Virus record (IMG/VR): IMGVR_UViG_3300045988_066710
Source of the DNA: a virus
Length of the DNA: 64,000 nucleotides
Strand: one strand, 5' to 3'
The notes below the pieces were generated by a model that was not told the DNA's origin, did no database searches, and saw only the letters and a program-made list of their open reading frames with translations. Below, piece after piece: positions 58,104 to 64,000 of this stretch. Every line of letters starts with the position of its first letter. Within the stretch, counting starts at the first letter, position 1. Both the position numbers and the translations under genes were made by a program.

Positions 58104-60221
58104 ATGACATATGTAATAAAAAGAGATGGTAGTAAAGTTAAATGGGATTCAAATAAAATAGTAAATGCTATTAGGAAGGCTTTTGAGTCCTGTAAGGAAG
58201 AAGACAAATTTAATGAGAATGAGTTTAAAGAATTTGCTAATAACTTTACTGCTGATACTATTGATATTGAAAGTATTCAAGATACAGTAGAATATTATCT
58301 TATGGGTAATTATCCTAATATTGCTAAAGCTTATATTATACGTAGAAAAGAAAGAGCTAAAATAAGGGACTTTAAGTATAATAAAACTTACTATAATACA
58401 GTATTAGGTCTTCTTAATGGAGAAACTAATGATGTTAGTAAAGAAAATGCTAATAAAGACCCTAAACAATTCTTTACTATGAGAGATTTAGTAGCAGGAG
58501 AAACCTGTAAGAAAATATATAAGGATTTCATTATGGATCCTAAATTGCTTGAATTACATAATAAAGGTATTATTCATGTACATGATACTGATTATAGAGC
58601 TATGAAAGGAATGACAAATTGTTGTCTTATAAATCTTAAAGATATGCTTATTAATGGTACTTGTGTACAGGGTAAAAGAATTCATGATATTCATTCTTTA
58701 ATTGTAGCTTCTAATGTTACTACTCAGATAATTGCAGCAGTAGGAAGCAGTCAATATGGAGGTATTACTATTGATATTTCTCATTTATCTCCTTTTATTG
58801 AAAGAAGTAAAATTAAGTATAGAGATATTTTTAAAGAACTTGATAGTCCTATACAGGAGAAATATGTAAATACTTTCATTAAAAAAGAAATAGTAGATTC
58901 TATTCAACTTATTCAATATCAACTTAATACTTTAACTACTACTAATGGTCAAAGTCCTTTTATTACAATAGCTTGTAATACTAATGGTCAGAATGATGAA
59001 TATCCTGAATATACTGCAATGCTTATTGAAGAATTCTTGAAACAGAGAATTAAAGGTATGGAAGGACCAAATGGTAATAATATTAATCCTTCTTTTCCTA
59101 AGATTGTATATATACTTACTGAAAATAATATTAAAGAAGGAACTAAATATTATTACCTTACTAAACTTGCAGCAAAGTGTACAGCTAAAAGAATGGTTCC
59201 AGATTGTATGTCTGAGAAGATTTGTAAGCAATATAAAGAAGGTAGAGTAATCCCTCCTATGGGTTGTAGGTCTATACTTACTCCTTGGAAGAATAAAGAA
59301 GGAAATTATCAGGAATTTGGTAGATTTAATATAGGAGTATTTAGTATTAATCTTCCTTATTTAGCACTAGATTCTACTACAATAGAAGAATTTAAAGAGA
59401 AACTTGTTGATATGATAGATTTTCTATCAGAGCAACAATATAAAGTATACAAAACTATATGTAACCAACCAGTAGATATAGCACCAATTCTATGGATGGA
59501 TGGAGCTTTCTTTAGAGCTAAATCTGGACAGAAGATAGGAGAAATCTTACCTAAAGGTTATTGTACTGCATCTATTGGTTATATTGGTTTAGCAGAATGT
59601 GCTTATAGATTTAATATTGACTATCCTACAGAAGAAGGACAGAAATTTGGATTAGATATTATGAAAGTATTCTATGATAGAGTACAATTTAATGCTAAGA
59701 AATATGAACTTTCTTTAAGTATTTATGGTACTCCTGCTGAAAATACTACTACTACTTTTGCTAAAGCTTTAAAAGTATTTCCTACTATTAAGAATGTTAA
59801 TGATAAAAATTATGTAACTAATAGTTATCATGTTCCTGTATGGTATAATATAGATGGTTATAACAAAATTAAATTTGAAGCTCCTTTTCAAAAATATAGT
59901 TCAGGAGGTTGTATTTCTTATATAGAAATGCCAGATATTAATCACAATACAGAAAGTGTACTTAATATAATGCAGTATATTTATGACCATATGATGTATT
60001 GTGAATTAAATACTACTTCTTGTGATGTATGTTATAAATGTGGTTATCATGGTCAAATAGAATTATTAGGAGATAATAATTTTAGATGTCCTAATTGTGG
60101 TAATACTAATAGTTTATCTTTATATGTTCAACGTAGATTATGTGGTTATCTAGGCACATTAACTAATGGTACTTCTATTGGTAGAGAAGGAGATATTATG
60201 GATAGAGTAAAACACTTTTAA
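58104..60221 (+). CDS. nrdD: anaerobic ribonucleoside-triphosphate reductase (class III)
   Basis: N-terminal ATP-cone VIKRDGSKVKWDSNKIVNAIRKAF. C-terminal zinc site CDVCYKCG...CPNCGN. Glycyl-radical motif RRLCGYLG. Confidence 0.9.
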   Translation: MTYVIKRDGSKVKWDSNKIVNAIRKAFESCKEEDKFNENEFKEFANNFTADTIDIESIQDTVEYYLMGNYPNIAKAYIIRRKERAKIRDFKYNKTYYNTVLGLLNGETNDVSKENANKDPKQFFTMRDLVAGETCKKIYKDFIMDPKLLELHNKGIIHVHDTDYRAMKGMTNCCLINLKDMLINGTCVQGKRIHDIHSLIVASNVTTQIIAAVGSSQYGGITIDISHLSPFIERSKIKYRDIFKELDSPIQEKYVNTFIKKEIVDSIQLIQYQLNTLTTTNGQSPFITIACNTNGQNDEYPEYTAMLIEEFLKQRIKGMEGPNGNNINPSFPKIVYILTENNIKEGTKYYYLTKLAAKCTAKRMVPDCMSEKICKQYKEGRVIPPMGCRSILTPWKNKEGNYQEFGRFNIGVFSINLPYLALDSTTIEEFKEKLVDMIDFLSEQQYKVYKTICNQPVDIAPILWMDGAFFRAKSGQKIGEILPKGYCTASIGYIGLAECAYRFNIDYPTEEGQKFGLDIMKVFYDRVQFNAKKYELSLSIYGTPAENTTTTFAKALKVFPTIKNVNDKNYVTNSYHVPVWYNIDGYNKIKFEAPFQKYSSGGCISYIEMPDINHNTESVLNIMQYIYDHMMYCELNTTSCDVCYKCGYHGQIELLGDNNFRCPNCGNTNSLSLYVQRRLCGYLGTLTNGTSIGREGDIMDRVKHF

Positions 60222-60222
60222 T

Positions 60223-60795
60223 ATGAATATAATTGATTTAAAACAATATGATGTAATTAATGGTTTAGGAATAAGAACTTCTATATGGTTTGCAGGTTGT
60301 AGTAATCATTGTGAAGGTTGCTGGTCTCCTAATACTTGGAATCCAAATCAAGGTAAGACATTAAAAGATTGTTTATCTAGAATTGAAGAGTATCTTAAAG
60401 ATGAAAAGACTGATGGTGTATCTATATTAGGAGGAGACCCACTCTATTCTATCTTCTCTGGTATAGGAGCCTCAGAATTAATCCAACTGCTTAAATTATG
60501 TAAATCATATAATAAGAATATATGGCTTTGGACAGGATATACTCTAGATAAAATTGTAGAGAAATGTCCTGAAGTATTAGGTTATATTGATGTACTTATT
60601 GATGGTAAATATATTAAGGAGAAAAGAGATTTAAATCTTTATTTTAGAGGTTCTAGAAATCAAAGAATCATATTCTTTGATAAGCCTAAAGAAGAATATA
60701 AATTTAAGTATTATGTAGCTACTTATGTTAATGATATTAGTATTGGGGGTCCACATTATTTAATGACAGAATATAATAAAGAAAGTTTATTATGA
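60223..60795 (+). CDS. nrdG: anaerobic RNR activating enzyme (radical SAM)
   Basis: VINGLGIRTSIWFAGCSNHCEGCWSPNTW carries CxxxCxxC. The gene is adjacent to nrdD. Confidence 0.85.
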   Translation: MNIIDLKQYDVINGLGIRTSIWFAGCSNHCEGCWSPNTWNPNQGKTLKDCLSRIEEYLKDEKTDGVSILGGDPLYSIFSGIGASELIQLLKLCKSYNKNIWLWTGYTLDKIVEKCPEVLGYIDVLIDGKYIKEKRDLNLYFRGSRNQRIIFFDKPKEEYKFKYYVATYVNDISIGGPHYLMTEYNKESLL

Positions 60796-61166
60796 TACAA
60801 TCTAAAAGAATAGGTGTATTAGAATTTAGGGAGGCTAGTTATGTAGATAACAAGCCTCCTTTTGTATCTTATGATATAGTTAAATGGTATCCTAATCTTT
60901 ATTATGGTAAGGAAAATGAATATATAAAACTAAATCATGAATTTTATTGTTATCCTAAGAATACTGGTTGTAGAATACATAAGGATTTATTTAAAAGTAA
61001 AGAATTATGTATAGTATTAGCTACTTTTAGATATGATTATCAAGAAGAATGCTATAATTTTGAATTTATAGGAGACAAACCCCTACAATTAGATACTTGG
61101 GATAATTTTAAAGAGTTAGTTAAATATGGATTTGAGCAATTAAATCCTCAATGGTATGAAAAATGA
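60792..61166 (+). CDS. hypothetical protein between two NrdG-like genes (124 aa)
   Basis: ORF with ATGA couplings on both sides. Confidence 0.5.
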   Translation: MIQSKRIGVLEFREASYVDNKPPFVSYDIVKWYPNLYYGKENEYIKLNHEFYCYPKNTGCRIHKDLFKSKELCIVLATFRYDYQEECYNFEFIGDKPLQLDTWDNFKELVKYGFEQLNPQWYEK

Positions 61167-61660
61167 AATATCAATATGCAAAAGTAACATTTCAAGAAAT
61201 TCCTGATGAAATCACTTTATGTATTGCTATATCTGGATGTAAAGTTCATTGTAAAGACTGTAACCAGAAAAATCTTTGGAAAGATGAAGGTAAAGATTTA
61301 AATATACAGGAATTAGATAATCTTATTAATGCTAATAAAGGTATTACTTGTGTATGCTTTATGGGAGAAGGGGAAGAATTACCTATGTTATGGTACTATA
61401 TTAAGATGACTAAAGAAGATAGTAATCTTAAAACTGCCTTATATATAGGTAGAGACTTTAATATGACTATGAAACTATATGGGGATTTCTTTAGTTGTTT
61501 AGATTATCTTAAAGTAGGTTCCTATATATCTAATCTAGGAGGTTTAGATTCAAAGACTACTAATCAAAGATTATATAGTCTTAAAGGAATAAAAACAGAA
61601 GGAGAGTTTACAGATTATGAAACTGTCTTTACTGATATAACTTATAAATTACAAAAATAG
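61163..61660 (+). CDS. second NrdG-like radical-SAM activase
   Basis: ITLCIAISGCKVHCKDCNQKNLW carries CxxxCxxC in an NrdG-like context. 165 aa. Confidence 0.6.
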   Translation: MKYQYAKVTFQEIPDEITLCIAISGCKVHCKDCNQKNLWKDEGKDLNIQELDNLINANKGITCVCFMGEGEELPMLWYYIKMTKEDSNLKTALYIGRDFNMTMKLYGDFFSCLDYLKVGSYISNLGGLDSKTTNQRLYSLKGIKTEGEFTDYETVFTDITYKLQK

Positions 61661-61684
61661 TTTAATATTTTAAATTAAAAAAGA

Positions 61685-62164
61685 ATGAAATTAAAGATTA
61701 AAGTTAAGGAGATTACTAAAGGCTGTATGCCAGAAATCATTGAACAGGGTGATTGGATTGATTTAAAACTTGCAGAAGATGTAAGATTTACAGGTCCAGA
61801 AGTACAATCTAGAAAGATTAAATATCTTCCTTTAGGTATTGCTATGGAACTTCCTAAAGGATTTGAAGCTTATGTACTTCCTAGAAGTTCTACACCTAAT
61901 AAGTGGAATATTGAACTTGCTAATTCTCAAGGAATTATTGATGAGTCCTATAAGGGAAATGATGATGAATGGAGATATATTGCTAAAGCATTTAAAGCTG
62001 TGGAAATTCCAAAGGGTACTAGAATTTGTCAATTTAGGATTATGCCTAAGATGAATGCAAGTATTTTAACTAAGCTTAAATGGTTATTTAGTAATGGTGT
62101 AGAGCTTATTAAGGTAGATAATCTTAATAATGATAATAGAGGGGGTATTGGTAGTACAAACTAA
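61685..62164 (+). CDS. dut: dUTPase (trimeric type)
   Basis: Motifs LPRSS, GIIDESYKG and a C-terminal RGGIGSTN. Confidence 0.85.
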   Translation: MKLKIKVKEITKGCMPEIIEQGDWIDLKLAEDVRFTGPEVQSRKIKYLPLGIAMELPKGFEAYVLPRSSTPNKWNIELANSQGIIDESYKGNDDEWRYIAKAFKAVEIPKGTRICQFRIMPKMNASILTKLKWLFSNGVELIKVDNLNNDNRGGIGSTN

Positions 62165-62652
62165 TGATTTATATTGGTATTAGTATTATTGTTCTTTTAG
62201 CAGTTATGGGAGCATACATTATGTATGCTGCCTATGCTAAAGGTAAAGATGTAATGTCTTTTAAACAATCAATAGAATTATGTGATCTACCAATAATAAC
62301 ATTCTATATTGGAGAAAAGAAATTAAACTTTATATTAGATACAGGCTGTATACAATCTATGCTTGATGCTGATATTATAGATAAATATAAATTAAATGTT
62401 TCCTATATTGGAAAAAACTTTGAAGTATGGGGAGCTAACGGTAAATGTTCTACAGATAAAATGGGTGTTTTAGGTCTTTATTATAATAATAAGAAATTTG
62501 AAGAAACATTTGTTTGTAGTAGTACAATTAAACATACATTTAGTTGGCTTAAGCAGAATAAAGGTGTAATAGTACATGGTTTATTAGGTTCTAATTTCTT
62601 TAATACATATAAATATATATTAGATTTTAATAAATTAGAATTTAAAAGATGA
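62164..62652 (+). CDS. membrane-anchored retropepsin-like aspartic protease
   Basis: N-terminal transmembrane segment IGISIIVLLAVMGAYIMYAAY. Catalytic FILDTGCIQSML (D-T-G). A later HGLLGSNFF matches the retropepsin G-I-L-G-x-D-F-L region. Confidence 0.55.
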   Translation: MIYIGISIIVLLAVMGAYIMYAAYAKGKDVMSFKQSIELCDLPIITFYIGEKKLNFILDTGCIQSMLDADIIDKYKLNVSYIGKNFEVWGANGKCSTDKMGVLGLYYNNKKFEETFVCSSTIKHTFSWLKQNKGVIVHGLLGSNFFNTYKYILDFNKLEFKR

Positions 62653-64000
62653 TAATTAAGGATTTAATAGTTCAAGTATATGATATAGAAATATTTCCTA
62701 ACTGTTTTAGTTTGACTATTAAAAATACTGAAACAAAAGAATTTCAATTTTTTGAGTTATCTAATAGAAAGAATAATTTAGTTGATTTAGTGCCTCTTTT
62801 TCTTGATAAAAGATATATATTTTGTGGATATAATAATATCCACTATGATAATCCAATAGTTAATTTTATAATTGAATATAAAGAAACATTAAAAAAGAGT
62901 ACTAGGTTAGATATAGAATATAACTTATTTCAATTAAGTCAAACTATTATCAAAGGTGATTTAGAGAAATGGAAAAGATGGAAATATGCTAATAACTTTG
63001 AAACGTTAGATTTGCTTACAATGTTATTTTCACAGAAACTTAGAGTTGGTTTGAAAGAAATGCAAGTTACTATGAAATATTCTAATGTACAAGAATATGA
63101 TGGTGATTTTGAGGCTCCTATACCAGAAGAGGATATTCCAAAGATGATACAATATAATATTAATGATGTTAATTCAACTGAGGAATTACTTTATAGATGT
63201 GAAAATGATATTAAATTGAGACTTAATATTGAGGAAGAATATGGAATTAAAGCTTTAAATAAAGATGGTGTTAATCTAGGTATGGAGATTCTTAAAACTA
63301 AATATCTAGAGAAAACACATAAAACTTGGAATGATATAAAAGATTTAAGAAGTCCTTGTGATAAGATAGCATTAAATGAAATTATTCTTCCTTTTATTAA
63401 GTTTGATAATCCTATACTAAAAGATTTACTTAATGAAATGAAACAACAAGTTGTTTCTCCTGATAGAAAAGGTTATAATAAACATTTTCTTATGGATAAT
63501 CTTGAGTATTCTGTTGGAGTAGGAGGTATTCATTCTGTTAATAAACCTAGTATATTTATTGCCAAAGAAGATGAAGTAATTTCAGATGTGGATGTTGCCT
63601 CATTGTATCCAAGTCTTATTATTGAATATGGCTTTTATCCTCCTCATCTTGGTAAAGAATTTCTTGAAGTATATAAAGGAATTAAAGATGAAAGAATTGA
63701 AGCTAAACATAATGGTAATAAGCTTAAGAACTTAACATTAAAGTTAAGTATTAATGGATTAAGTGGTAATCTTCAATCAGAGTTTTCTTGGTGTTATTCT
63801 CCTAAGACAGTAATGAGAATTAGAATTAATGGACAGCTTTTATTATTAATGTTAGCTGAAAAGTTAATATCAATAGGTTGCCAGATTATTCAAGCAAATA
63901 CTGATGGTTTATTTGTTCTTAGAAAAAAGAAAGATGAACAGAAATTTAAGGATGTATGTAAATGGTGGGAAAATCTTACTAGACTAGAACTTGAAGAAGA
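62649..64000 (+). CDS. polB: family B DNA polymerase (5' part; continues beyond the window)
   Basis: Translated by hand, with no stop to the window end. ExoI YDIEIF, ExoII GYNNIHYDNPIV, ExoIII YNINDV, motif A DVASLYPSLI, motif B KLSINGLSGN, motif C QANTDGLFV. Confidence 0.9.
   Translation, partial: MIIKDLIVQVYDIEIFPNCFSLTIKNTETKEFQFFELSNRKNNLVDLVPLFLDKRYIFCGYNNIHYDNPIVNFIIEYKETLKKSTRLDIEYNLFQLSQTIIKGDLEKWKRWKYANNFETLDLLTMLFSQKLRVGLKEMQVTMKYSNVQEYDGDFEAPIPEEDIPKMIQYNINDVNSTEELLYRCENDIKLRLNIEEEYGIKALNKDGVNLGMEILKTKYLEKTHKTWNDIKDLRSPCDKIALNEIILPFIKFDNPILKDLLNEMKQQVVSPDRKGYNKHFLMDNLEYSVGVGGIHSVNKPSIFIAKEDEVISDVDVASLYPSLIIEYGFYPPHLGKEFLEVYKGIKDERIEAKHNGNKLKNLTLKLSINGLSGNLQSEFSWCYSPKTVMRIRINGQLLLLMLAEKLISIGCQIIQANTDGLFVLRKKKDEQKFKDVCKWWENLTRLELEE

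Noticed and set aside
34622-62054. Nested or antisense ORFs in the rightward arm: 34622..35026, 34734..34919, 36481..36672, 37138..37479, 37847..38074, 38839..39051, 42674..42907, 45846..46175, 45889..46188, 46617..46811, 47593..47814, 47822..48016, 47845..48051, 48632..48820, 50901..51173, 51475..51705, 54485..54694, 55337..55567, 56276..56557, 58932..59231, 61832..62032 and 61839..62054.
   Set aside because: These are shadow or alternative-frame ORFs within well-supported genes. None has motifs, and their composition is typical of off-frame AT-rich sequence.
1-64000. Alternative genetic code or stop-codon reassignment, which is reported in some crAss-like lineages.
   Set aside because: Long genes (terL, portal, nrdD, the 931-aa ORF and polB) are uninterrupted under the standard bacterial code. 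None of the nine tRNAs has a CUA, UCA or UUA suppressor anticodon.

Overview
The window is AT-rich, densely coded double-stranded DNA phage sequence. Its gene content resembles a crAss-like (Crassvirales-type) phage of Bacteroidota; that assignment is an inference, since no database search was possible. There are two divergent arms. Positions 1-28718 hold a leftward late/structural arm: large terminase, portal, scaffold, major capsid protein, fibres, a lysis cassette, a 931-aa lysozyme-domain protein and a nine-tRNA array. Eight copies of a Bacteroidota-type -7 promoter box (TATCTTTGCA) punctuate it. Positions 28719-29143 form a repeat-rich divergent control region. Positions 29144-43105 carry rightward small genes of unknown function, with several paralog families, structured intergenic RNAs or hairpins, and micro-ORFs. 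Positions 43117-64000 hold a rightward replication and nucleotide-metabolism arm: SF2 helicase, DnaB-like helicase, ATPase, primase, UDG, two PD-(D/E)XK nucleases, NrdD with two NrdG-like proteins, dUTPase and a partial PolB. The most unusual item is a translationally coupled E1(ThiF)-like and JAMM/MPN+ peptidase operon with a possible E2-like partner, embedded in the replication arm at 51763-55606. Other leads are an MCP gene apparently interrupted by an HNH-endonuclease insertion, a tRNA-like ncRNA with its own terminator, covarying long hairpins, a membrane retropepsin-like protease next to dUTPase, and a primase ending in an SSB-like tail. All calls come from reading the ORF track and the sequence by eye. 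RNA coordinates are good to within a few nt.
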